Of a DNA stretch of 64,000 bases, positions 12,766 through 23,803 are shown piece after piece. A program made the position numbers and the translations under genes. This stretch comes from Phoronis australis (Eukaryota > Animalia > Phoronida): contig NMRA01000009.1 of NCBI GenBank assembly GCA_002633005.1, forward strand, positions 1,101,169 to 1,165,168, given 5' to 3'. How positions within the stretch are numbered: the first letter of the stretch is position 1; each line of letters begins with the position of its first letter. The notes beneath the pieces were generated by a model. It was not told the origin of the DNA, ran no database searches, and saw only the letters and a list, made by a program, of their open reading frames with translations.

Positions 12766-13051
12766 GACTGACAATGCACACTGTTCTTGTTGTCGCTCAC
12801 GAAGTCTGCAATTCAGCTCATCTTTCTGTGATGCCAGGACTGCAAGAAAAGACAACAAAACAGTATTTATCAATGTGTAAATATATTAATTCATTAACAT
12901 GCAAGACAAATGCCGTTATTTTTTACTTACTTACAGAAATTTTTTATACTGAAGCTTAACTATAATTCTTAGATAAGTCTCAGAACCATTTCATAAGAAA
13001 TTTGTGCAATATTGGTACTGTCGTGGATGCATTATTGAGTTTCGTATCTGT

Positions 13052-13208
13052 TCAGTTAGATTCTAATTCATGTTTGTCCACCTTGAATGACTTATGTTTA
13101 CCATGCACATAGTTGTACAATTGGCATTTACCAACCCCATCAGCAGCACGGCAGTCAGTGTCTACATCTACGATGTCTTTTATGGATTGCACTTGAGGTC
13201 TCTGCCAC
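13052..13208 (-). pseudogene. Second copy of the repeat-borne terminal-exon-like fragment
   Basis: Acceptor tattttcag, frame WQRPQVQSIKDIVDVDTDCRAADGVGKCQLYNYVHGKHKSFKVDKHELESN*. A third partial copy lies at about 13345-13380. Confidence 0.4.
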
Positions 13209-13514
13209 CTGAAAATAAAATGTTTAAATTGAACTTTAACTACAATTAAACATATCAACCCTCATCCTTTTTCCAGATGAACTTTGTTTGCCCTGAACTT
13301 TACTATCAAAGTTAGCACTGAACTACTGTGTTCATTAGTGTTTTATGCACTGCACTTGAGGTCTCTGCCATCTGAAAATAAAATTGAAGTTGAACTACAG
13401 TTAGACATATCATCTCTCATCCTTTTTTCAGATGAAATTTGTTCACCCTGAACTTCAATATTACTATCAAAGTCAGCACTGAACTGTTGTGCTCATTATC
13501 TATTATCACTTATC

Positions 13515-13990
13515 ATTCGATAAAGCAGTCAGAAATGGCTGTGGATGCATTATTGGACAGAGGTGTTCATTGCCCAATAGTGCATCCGTCCATTCGATAA
13601 AGCAGTCAGAAGTAGCTATGGATGCATTATTGGACAGAGATGGTAGTGCACAATACTGCAACCATCTATCCTATAGAGCAGTCAGAAGTGGCCGTGGATT
13701 CACTATTGGATAGAGATGGTATTGCACAATAGTGCATCCGTCCATCTGATAAAGCAGTCAGAAGTGGCTGTGGATGCATTATTGGACAGAGATGTTGTTG
13801 CACAATAGTGCATCCATCTATCGGATAAAGCAGTCAGAAGTGGCTGTGGATGCATTATTGGACAGGTGTGTTATTGCACAATACTGCATCCACCTATCAA
13901 ATAAAGCAGTCAGAAGTGGCTGTGGAAGACAGGTGTGTTACTGCACAATATTGCGTTCACCCATCTGATAAAGCACCGGAAAGTGGCTAA
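13515..13990 (+). repeat. 76-bp satellite, about 6 copies, each with an internal dyad
   Basis: A(A/G)AGCAGTCAGAA recurs at 13522, 13599, 13675, 13751, 13827 and 13903. Confidence 0.93.
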
Positions 13991-14715
13991 GGTGTCCCAC
14001 TATGCCCAAAAACCTGGAAAGGTATTTACAACGTCAGTTTGATGCTTTGCCTTTAGTCAGTGTGAGGCATAGTTTGCCAAAATTCTGTCCTATAACTCTC
14101 AGGAGGTACACTGTCTCTTGTCAGATAGAGACGGTGGTCAGGGTCTCAGCTCACGGCTGAAGTGAAGTACCAGTGGAATTCGTAGTCCCGAATGTCATAC
14201 CATGCAGTATATAGTGTATTAGAGCCTTTTAGAGACGATCAGAACCCGAGGACGAGCCCACATAGGCTTCCCTGCCAGTGCCAGCCAACAAAATCTCCTA
14301 CATTTCTACATTTAGAAATAATTCAAGCTCAACACTCTTTGAAAGATCCGATTGACTCACACACATCAGTGACATTCCCTTTATCTCTTTTTTCCAAAAT
14401 AAACAACATAAGCGGCACAAACGATGCTTTTATAATAAGTCGAATAACCAGCGGACTGCTTGGATGCACTATTGCGCAAAAACCGGAAGCCGAAAAAAGA
14501 GCGCATGCGCAGACCACGCAAACCAGCTCTGGATGCATTATTGGACAGGATGCATTATTGGCCAAACAAAGAAATCAATATGGCGGTCACCGGCACTATA
14601 GGCTACATCGGCAGATCAGCAACTGCCGAGTGGTTGCGCGAGGCACACATTTTACAGAGGAGAGAAGAGACTGTTAAAATCCAAGAATCTCAGTTCAATA
14701 AAGGACAATATTTAC

Positions 14716-14978
14716 CATTCAGAAACATCGGCTCTGTATTCAGGATCGTCTGTTGGATGACTGGGTTGATTTGCCGAGCCCGCTTCTCTCGCGGGAGGAT
14801 CCAGTTTGTAAGGCCTCAAAGTAGAAAAGTCCGCAGCCGGATGCAAATCAAACTCGTTCTTGCTTTCGTGCAACTCCATTTCCTCATCCTGGCCACTATT
14901 CCCGTATGTTTCTTCATAGTATTCGTTTAATTCTTGCTCATAATCGTAGTCGCTTTCAAATTCCCTACTCTCCGCCAT
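14716..14978 (-). CDS. First exon of a P2X7 C-terminal-domain-like (Kolobok KolX/nanor-like) protein, probably a transposon relic
   Basis: ATG in acaATGG context, acidic N-terminus, LRPYKLDP motif (compare PYxFEP), then R-ADVSEW with donor gtaaat splitting the Trp codon that precedes CxC in this family. No downstream exon found. Family assignment is from recalled motifs. Confidence 0.6.
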
Positions 14979-16186
14979 TGTTCAATGCTAATCACTGATC
15001 TCTTGTGTTCAACCCATGACGTCACATGGCGGGAAATGTGAAAATTAGCAAAATTGAAAGAAAAATCAAAATTTCGAGCTAATTACACAAAATAAACATA
15101 GGTTTAGCTAAATTTGACGTCATTCATTTAGTCTGTGGCCACCGGTAATTCAAAATGTGCAAAAATCCATGGTGTGTACTGTTTAACAGAAGCGCTCGTT
15201 ATTAAAATATTTCTAGGGTATATCTCAACTCATCTGGTTTCCTTATAAATGTACTGTCTATGAGTTACTTGATACACTTAAAACTTTAGTCAAGCATGAA
15301 ATCCTTTGTCACCTAACACACTGGTCCTACACATATGCTACGATTTAGCATCCTTTAACCAGTGACGCTTACACTTTCAGGGAATAGAAACAATCTCAAG
15401 GCCACGCATCTACATTCCAGCCATGATCCCCTGAATCCCTGCCAAGGACTAGCAAAACCAAACCTGCAGCATAAATTCCAAGCTCCCACCACTCAACTCC
15501 ACATGTGTCAAGAACTCTCCATGATACCTGTTGACCAACCTACATACTCAAGGATCAAATTTCAATTCTAGACTTGAGACGATCCTCAGGTAAAAGATCT
15601 GGTCGCCGTGTACGGGATTCTGGAATTTGTACTGAAGTAGGTGTTTGTTGCTTTGGGACTGGGGCTCAGGGGACCCAAGCTGGCATTGAGAGGCACAGTC
15701 ATAGAATTTTCTGGCTATTAGCATTCATAACTAAGATGCAACCTTGTTCAAAACACTATAGTGTACAAACACTCACACTCAAAATATGTGAAATATAAAA
15801 ATTTACGTACTAAGAGATAACATATACTACTTTTTTCATAGTAAAAAAGCAAAAAATAAGAGGTACAATTAAAAAGTTGACAACAAGTGTTTTACTGAAT
15901 CTAACTGAATAGTATAATGGAACTTTGTCACATACCCTGATTAGAACGGCGACAGCAATGTAATGTAAAAACGGCAAGTCCCAACTTTACTTAAAGTGTG
16001 AGCATCTACACTACTGACAACAAACTCTTGTCACAAAGTACACATTTCAAAGGTTCCTTGATGTTCATAGTAACAAGGTTCGACAGCAGTAAAATTCCAT
16101 CCTTAAAGATCTTTCTACTTGTTATCCAATGATTGGACACTGAATGCCACAGACATACATCAAATAACATGCCATGTACTATCACT

Positions 16187-16345
16187 GTCCTGTAAATTAC
16201 ACAACTCATAGTACCAATAAGCTAAACTGTAAATTACACAACCCACAGTACCATCAAGCTTAGTGAACTGTAAATTACACTACCTATAGTACCATCAAGC
16301 TGAACTGTAAATTACACTACCCACACTACCATCAAGCGAACTTAG
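16187..16345. repeat. About 37-bp minisatellite, about 4 copies
   Basis: CTGTAAATTACAC...AGTACCATCAAGCT repeated. Confidence 0.8.
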
Positions 16346-17258
16346 TGCAAATTAATATAAATATTCAGAAAACAGGCTGAACTTCAAGATAAATGCATAT
16401 TAGAGCAGGGGTATGATTAAACGCCCTCAGCTGGCATAGCAATTGGCAAATATACAAGCACCCACATGTTTATGAAGTGGACACGTAGATAACAACAGCG
16501 ATGAAACATACACATGTACTGCAAAAAAATGAAAAAAAATATTTCAGAGCATTCTTGGTACAAAGCTGTATAAATAATATATACAGCTTTGCACCAATGT
16601 GGGTAAAAATGAACAATTAAATCCTAACACAAAAGTAATGTTATTAAAAACTATTCTTCCTTGAGTAAATAAAAATATGTAAAATAGCAAAAAAATGTCA
16701 TTCTACCATTACTGTACTGCTTTAAGTCAAGGAGCAGTGTGTGCGTCAGTTTTCAGCACCACGAAATAAAGCGTCACATATTGACCAATTTCGTTTTTCG
16801 CCAATTCTTCAATAAAGTGTTCTTCCACAAAGTTGGGTTAATGTTACAATAAACTATTAGAATTAGGTACACTACATTATAAGTTTTTTGTATTGCAATA
16901 ACAGTAAAATTTGCTTCTTCGAGCCTGTCATAATCTCCCGATTGCAGTCGACGAAAATTTAGAAAATGGCAAGAGCACATTTCACAAGGGTACCGTTTCT
17001 AAGTAGACGACAAATTTCTGATATGAAAAGCAGAGAATTACGCGAGAGAATGACATTTATTTGTTTTTCACTCAAATGGCTGCAACGAGCAAGGTTGTAG
17101 TCGATTGACTCCCAGATTTTGCACGCACCCCCACTGGTCATAAGCTCTACACGTTGATATAAGTTTCAGAACACAGTGACAAGCAGCACAATTCCATGTA
17201 CAGCTAGTTGGATGCCTATTCCATCTAATGTATATGCAGCAACATGCAGTTTGTTGTT

Positions 17259-17458
17259 TTAAACATTTGAATCGTTTGCTTCTGCCAATTCAATCTTTGG
17301 CAGTTCCACTGCAGGATCCCCCACCTCATAATGGCTGTGACGCCCAGTTGCTTTCTGTACCAGAGGAATGAAATACAGCATAAAGCCACTAACACCGATA
17401 GTGATGCCGCTGACGATGAATGAGATGTCGTATGAATAAGTGTCCATAATTAACCAGC
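17259..17458 (-). CDS. SLC16 / monocarboxylate transporter family gene, coding exon 6 (last)
   Basis: Acceptor ttttcag, phase 1. GWLIMDTYSYDISFIVSGITIGVSGFMLYFIP covers TM12. TAA at 17259-17261. The six exons sum to 1788 nt, or 595 aa plus stop. Confidence 0.92.
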
Positions 17459-18930
17459 CTGAAAAACACCCACATCATTTAATTTTGATAAACAAAAGAG
17501 CAAAGCACTAGTTTATTTTTGCTACAGTGTACTGCATCAGGCAGAGAGGTCAACAATTAAAAGGATACCAAACCATGTTTTGATGATTTCAACCAATCCT
17601 TGATCTGTCACCTGCCTATACAACATTGGCATCAATCTTTCAAGTCAAAGGCAGGAATCGACTATAGACTGATACTCCCCATCGCACAACTGGACAATAT
17701 GGTCCATGGTGGAAGGTCTTTTCTCACGGCTGCCATGTAATTTGCTAGAAGCATAGCTCACACTCGCCCCATTAGCAGATTTTGTAAGGAGTTTCCAAAT
17801 TTTTCTCTTTTGAGGGTTGTCAAGGGTTACAGAGCCATTATTCTATTTCAGAGAACTGGATGGAAAAGTTGTTTTAGTATCTGTTAAAAGGCCAAAACAG
17901 AATGTCATGCAGAATCATAAATATTGCTAAACTGTAAAAAGATGGCAATAAATGCTGCAATAAACCACCGTTCTATCATAGAATGCATTGAAAAATGAGG
18001 TCAAACATTCATCCAACATATAATCATGCAACAGTGAAAATAGTCGTCATTGGAGCTGGGGTCACAAAACTAAGCCCCTTTACACATAAAGTCACCATAA
18101 AACATGTTCTGCTGTTCAAAACATCGTCTGCTTTTACAGACATATTTGCTCTTCGAAAGCAATGTTACCATTCGTATGCTTTGTTTGGATTCATATTGGT
18201 TACAATTAATCACCAGCAATTCCTTTGCCAGCTGTGCTGACTTGGCAGCTAAACAACTGTTACAACATGCCAAGAATTGTAAGATGACACTTGGCTTACC
18301 TCAAAATCCAACTGCTGCCTGCTGGTTTGGTAATTGGTTCAATTATGTTGCACAAACAACAGAATTAATGGGAAGGAGAATACTCCAGGCAACATTGTTA
18401 AAAAATTTTAGGCTGTAAAAGTCACATTTCTTGTCCAATTTACAAAATTCAAAAACCTAATCACGTGTACTTTTCACAAACTATTCAAAAAATATGCCAT
18501 TTAAAAACTTTCAAAATGGAATTAATTTAAAAAATACTATTGTCGTCTCCAGTGTGTTTATGATGCGTCCAATTATCTACAGAATGATAAAATCAGCAGA
18601 GTGTGATGTGGCATCCAGAGACGATGTAATTGCCTACAACTGCACGTCTTTGATCATTGCGACAGACTTTGCGGTATGCGAACCAGTTGAGTTGCCCAAT
18701 CTTGACCACTATGTGTGTCAGCGTAGGATTGTTTTCATGAAAACTCAACAGGCCTGATCTGAAGCAACAGTGGCCTAGGCTGTTAATTCTAAGTCTGGAA
18801 ATCATTTCTTTTCGGAATAACAAACAAGATAAGACAAACATTGCGACAGTAAGTGGCCTAACTCAAAAGCTGGGTTTTGACAGAAAGCAGGGGTTTATTA
18901 GCATTTATCTCCCATTCGTCACTGACTTAC

Positions 18931-19056
18931 CAGTTACGCGACGTCCAAAAAAGAAGGCACCACCTCGAAACAGCAGCGTAATGCCAAATGAGCTCGTCAG
19001 TTTTTCTAGCCCAAACAAATCCACAAGAATGACAGAAGTGAGAGACACGTAAGAAC
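18931..19056 (-). CDS. SLC16/MCT family gene, coding exon 5
   Basis: Boundaries ttgcag and gtaagt, 126 nt, phase 1-1. GSYVSLTSVILVDLFGLEKLTSSFG is a typical MCT TM10-11 segment. Confidence 0.93.
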
Positions 19057-19513
19057 CTGCAATCAGTTTAACAGAAAAGTTGGAACACAAAACATTCCGA
19101 CAAGGGATTCACAACAAATATCATGTAATAGATTGGTCAGATATCAACTCAGTCGACAGAGAACCTAATGATTATGCAAGCAGAATCAGGGAGGTGGTCT
19201 GGATTTCAAAGCAGCATAATCCCATGAACAAAAGCCGAAATCCTGGTAAATTTTTCAAATTTGTAGATGCAAACCATGAAATGCATTTACTCAACAATCC
19301 ATCCACATTTCAAAAAATCTTATTTGTCACAAAATCCAGTACAACAATCCCTTAGTTCATCATTTAATTATTACAGTAAATAATGTAGAAATTCTGCACA
19401 GGGAGACCTTATATTTGCTAACATTTGCAATGCCCTATCAGTTTCCTCTTGTTGGAAAAAACAATTATTCAACTATAATATTGCAAGATAAGGTACATGC
19501 GTCTTCAACCTAC

Positions 19514-20294
19514 CAACAGTGACTCCAAATACAGCGCCATATACAACCATCAGACCATACGACTCAGCCAATGGTGCCAAAGCCGTAGCAATGCCACAGA
19601 CCAGCACACTTGTGTTGTACACATGTAACCTTTGAGGGCGAATGAAAGGCACATCTGACACAAAGCCAAACAAAACTCGGCCAACAATATCGGCTATTCC
19701 AATGACAGTATACAGAAAGGCAGCCATCTGGAAATCTATGCCTCGTATTTGGGCATAATCCGTCAAGAAGCTGAATGGTATGTAGAATCCAGTACTAGTT
19801 AGAAAATTAGAGAAGACAAACATGTAGAAAATGGGATCTGTCAACAACGTGAAATCCAGAATCTTTCGGAATCCATCATACATCTCGTTAGAACAGCATC
19901 TGCAAGCTCTTGGCCTCTTTGTTGGTGAATCCACCCGCAATCTGCTGGGCAACGACGTGACACTTGTCGCATAATGGGAAGGGTTTGTTTTGTACTCAGT
20001 CATGTTCATTATGCTACCGCTATAGGAAATGTCCTTGCGATACATTACACCAGCACCTTGACTCTCCGACACACTTTGATGAATATTAGTCAAACTGCCT
20101 CCCTTTACTTTCCGCTGCTTTGTTGTGGAGTGAATGTTTCCAACGCTTCTAATCATTTTTGGTTCATCAGTAGGTGGGAAAAGGGGTGATGACACAGGCT
20201 CAGACTTTGACCCTCTCACTGCCATCTCAGGCTGATTGTCATCAAGTGTAAGTGCTTGTTTCTCTTCAAGGCAAACATCTGCCTTCTTGTAACT
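19514..20294 (-). CDS. SLC16/MCT family gene, coding exon 4 (large cytoplasmic loop plus TM7-10)
   Basis: Boundaries ttctcag and gtaggt, 781 nt, phase 0-1. Contains MYRKDISYSGS, DFTLLTDPIF, GIADIVGRVLFGFVSD. Confidence 0.93.
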
Positions 20295-20780
20295 CTGAGA
20301 ACAATTGAATCTCACACGTGACAAATGACAAATATAGCTGCCAACAGACCATTACCATACGGTACCCTTTGTATTTCCAATACAATAAACCTAACCTGAT
20401 AGAAATAATTACAAATGCATTGCTTTCTAACAAAGATTTCCATGTCTTTATGTCTTGACTTGCTATTTGGCAGGCTCATACTTGCTATCACCAGAATTCC
20501 TTTAATGTCTTAACAGACAAAAGCACCTTGCCTAGCCTAGTCTTGGTGTAGCAAGGTCTGTAAACACTATTCTCATATCATGTGTGTTGTTTATATCAAT
20601 TTCTTAACAGCAGAAGAGGGAGACTGGACTCATTGTTGAACAATTTGGGAATAAGGAGGCAATCATCCATGGAAACTAAGAGATAATGAATTTACTTTTA
20701 TTGCATGCTTTATAAAATATCCCATAATGCACATCAGTTGGCAGTGGAATGGATAAAGACCATATTGTGCACTGACATAC

Positions 20781-21034
20781 CTTGTCCTTCCTGACAGGCT
20801 GCAGAGGCCTGAAGACGGCGCCACACATAACCATATTGGCGATTACACCACTGATTATAAGGACAGTGCCTTTCCAGCCATAGCTGGCACTCAAATATTG
20901 ATATAGAAACGCAAAGACAAATTTGCCCACTCCTGAGCCGCACACAGCCAGGCCTGTCGCAAAGGCTCGCTTGTTCTCAAAGTAGTAACCAACTGAGACA
21001 ATGGCAGGAAGATAAATAAGGCCAAATCCAAAGC
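20781..21034 (-). CDS. SLC16/MCT family gene, coding exon 3
   Basis: Boundaries tttgcag and gtatgt, 254 nt, phase 1-0. Contains the MCT signature GFGFGLIYLPAIVSVGYYFENKRAFATGLAVCGSGVG...YGWKG...FRP. Confidence 0.95.
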
Positions 21035-21187
21035 CTGCAAAAATAGTGTGCATCATGTTTACAATCAAAATATTATCCTGCCAAAATTGTCAATCCTATA
21101 TCATCACATGATAAATTGAATGGAAATGCTCCTCAGTGAACTCATCATGATCTAGCTGGGAAAATGGGATGGAGCTGGTCACAGACG

Positions 21188-21298
21188 GAACAGTTCACAG
21201 ATGGAACACTTCACAGAGACACATTCCATGGAACAGTTCACAGATGGAACACTTCACAGAGACACATTCCATGGAACAGTTCACAGACGCACATTCCA
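21188..21298. repeat. Short tandem repeat (about 45-bp unit built from about 15-bp subunits) in an MCT intron
   Basis: GAACAGTTCACAGATGGAACACTTCACAGAGACACATTCCATG repeated about 2.5 times. Confidence 0.8.
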
Positions 21299-21794
21299 AT
21301 TTAACCAACACTTTCAATTTTACGGTTCATTCTTCTCCGAGACAAGTAAGACAAATATCAAACCTAGCTAGACAGGTAATGTGCAACTTATCTGTGACAA
21401 TGCAAACAAGAGCAACGCAGAGCGTTGAAATGCACCCACAATTGCACCGCATACGGTATCCTTCTAGGGTTGTTTATTGGTACCATAAAGTGGCCAGTAG
21501 AGGGCATATATGTAGTATGTTGAACTTTGCAAAATGGAAAGGCATGGTCATTGTCTCCTCAATAGGCTAGGGGCAAAATGTGAGTAATCTTCATATACAA
21601 GCACATCCAATACACCACTTGCTTAAAGCACCACAGAAACATAAAATTTAAAACAAATTTACCAACATACGAGATTAGCACAGCATTAGAATGCCAGAAA
21701 CAAATTTCTACTTGGAACTTTTCCTTCATAGTCACGAAGTAACACAAAGTATACACCTGAAGACCTATGAAAATACAGAGGTCAATGTAAAATA

Positions 21795-22479
21795 TTAAAA
21801 TTGCCACTAGAGGCAAATACTAAAATTGCCACCGGTAGTCAGAATCATCCTAAAGTCGCCATCGTCCGTTGTCAACATCACATAAATACACTTGCTAAAT
21901 TTAGTAAAGATCCTGCAAACGGTTTGGGAGATACAGCCATGGGCGCAAAAAAACAAAACTGCCACTAGGAGCCGCCACAGTAGTCCAAATCGTCTGAAAA
22001 TCATTGTCAGCTGTCTTCCTTATAGTAAGCACATACACGCCAATTTTCACAATCATCCTTTGAGCGGTTTGGTTGATAGAGGAGTGGACGCAAAAATACA
22101 GACTCGAAAACAGTAAAAATGGCCACTAGGTGGCGCAAACTACGTCGAATCCATCTGAAAACAGTAGGATAGCGTCATCTCACTAATAGGTGCCTACATA
22201 CCAAATTTCATGAAAATCCGTTCAATACTTTTGAAGATACAAAGGTAAGCGTAAAAAACTAAAATTGCCACTAGGGGGCACACCGGTAGTCGGATCCGTC
22301 CGAAAGTTCGCACATGCCGTCCCATTCATGAATGGAACATATGTGCCAAATTTCATGAACGTATGTCAAAGGGTTTTGGAGATAGAGCAGCAGACGCCGG
22401 ACGGACGCCGCCCGTACGGACGGACGGACGGAGATGACGGCATAATGCGTCCACATATAAATATGTGGGCGCATAAAAA
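21795..22479 (-). mobile_element. Helentron/HINE (DINE-1-like) non-autonomous element
   Basis: The - strand begins TTTTTATGCGCCCACATATTTATATGTGGACGCAT (subterminal IR hairpin), then a (CCGT)n microsatellite, then CCTAGTGGC-containing repeats. This is the classic HINE/DINE-1 layout. Confidence 0.7.
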
Positions 22480-22726
22480 TCAAGACATAGCATAACTAAA
22501 GTGGAGATATATTAGAAGTATTTCATCTGTGTGATTCACTGCCTCATGGGACTACAGCTTTATGATAAAACTTACTCTGATATAGCATTTTCATTTCAGT
22601 AAAGTGTGTTGTTCTAGTACGGTAAAAACTCCTTAAATTTAGGAAAAATATTGCTAAAATAGCCGTATTTCTAAATTTCAGGGTCTTACCAGATTGTTGC
22701 AAATGTTCAAAACTTTACCAAGTGTT

Positions 22727-22990
22727 AAAAACCGGACGATCGCCGCACAAATAAAAAAGTTCATGTCCAATTCAACGTTTCGTCTTTTCATAAGACATCA
22801 CCAGGATCATATTTAGATACATAGAATATTCTATGTATCTCTCACTTCACTCTATGGATGTTACCTGAGCTACATGTTGGCACTTGTTGTCCTAAATTGT
22901 TGTAAATATGGTCCTGATGATGTCTTATGAAAAGACGAAACGTTGAATTGATCACGAGCTTTTTTATTTGCGCGGCGATTGTCCGGTTTT
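22727..22990. mobile_element. Inverted pair of Penelope-like pLTR fragments with a hammerhead-ribozyme core
   Basis: 22727-22815 is the imperfect reverse complement of 22903-22990. The + copy contains CTGATGA-t-GTCTT-atgaa-AAGAC-GAAAC-GTT. Confidence 0.65.
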
Positions 22991-23659
22991 TGATCTTATT
23001 GTGGCCAAAAACTGATTTAATTACCAAAATGTTATTTGGTAATAGTTGCACCACACAAACTGTGGTAAAGGCAAAGTTGATTTTTCTGAGAAGGTATTTT
23101 TGTAGAGAAAATTTGACAAATCAAATTTCACCCATCTGCCATATTGTGTCCTAAGTTTCAGAATTTTTACTGTAGTTGGGTGAACTCCAGTTAATTGTTT
23201 AAGTCCCAGTCAAATATGCATAGAAGGCACTTGGTGGTAATGAACTTTCTGTTTTATGGACTCTTACATAATGTACATGGATTGATAAAGTGAACCTCAC
23301 ACCACCAGAGTTAACATCTTGAAATATATTTATACCTAAATCTAATATTTAACATATGTCTTAAATTGCTGTCAAGACATTTTGAAATTTGAATAATGGA
23401 GACAACATATCTATAAATTGTCTCAGTTTTCAAAATTGATAAATCTAAAAGTTAAAAAACATGTCATTGTGTTATGTAGCAAAAACAACAAATATGCCTT
23501 CTAGGGCATACAATGTGCCTACATTTTGAGAACCAGTTTGATGCCCATTATTCAGTGGAGAAAACTGGTTCTCAAAATGAGACACGTTATATCCGACTGT
23601 TACCCCTTCTAGAATTCGAGCACATTCAAAGTATTTTTTGCTGTGCATGTGCTTTGTAC

Positions 23660-23803
23660 CTGCCACAATTCCAAAACTGAAGAACATAAAGTAAATGTTG
23701 GGTGTGAAGATGCTGACTATGAAGCCCACAAAGGTGATGATGGTTCCTGCTATTGTCACCACACGGCAGCCATATTTGTTTGTTAGTGCACAGGCAAAAG
23801 GTC
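23660..23803 (-). CDS. SLC16/MCT family gene, coding exon 2
   Basis: Boundaries gttttag and gtacaa, 144 nt, phase 1-1. GPFACALTNKYGCRVVTIAG is the MFS motif-A-like loop. Confidence 0.95.

Larger units (their letters stand above)
4029..12819. mobile_element. Foldback-like DNA transposon structure with satellite-containing inverted arms (GAG..CTC termini, Sola-like)
   Basis: 4029-4084 (GAGCTGAATTGCAGACTTCGTGAGCGACAACAA...) is the reverse complement of 12764-12819. Both ends lead into the same 183/193-bp tandem array in opposite orientation. The left flank is TTAA and the right flank ATCT, so there is no matching TSD. Two n joins lie inside. Confidence 0.5.

Noticed and set aside
14192-14930. 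161-aa and 156-aa + strand ORFs
   Set aside because: No recognisable domain. They overlap repeat motifs and the antisense of the P2X7-tail-like exon.
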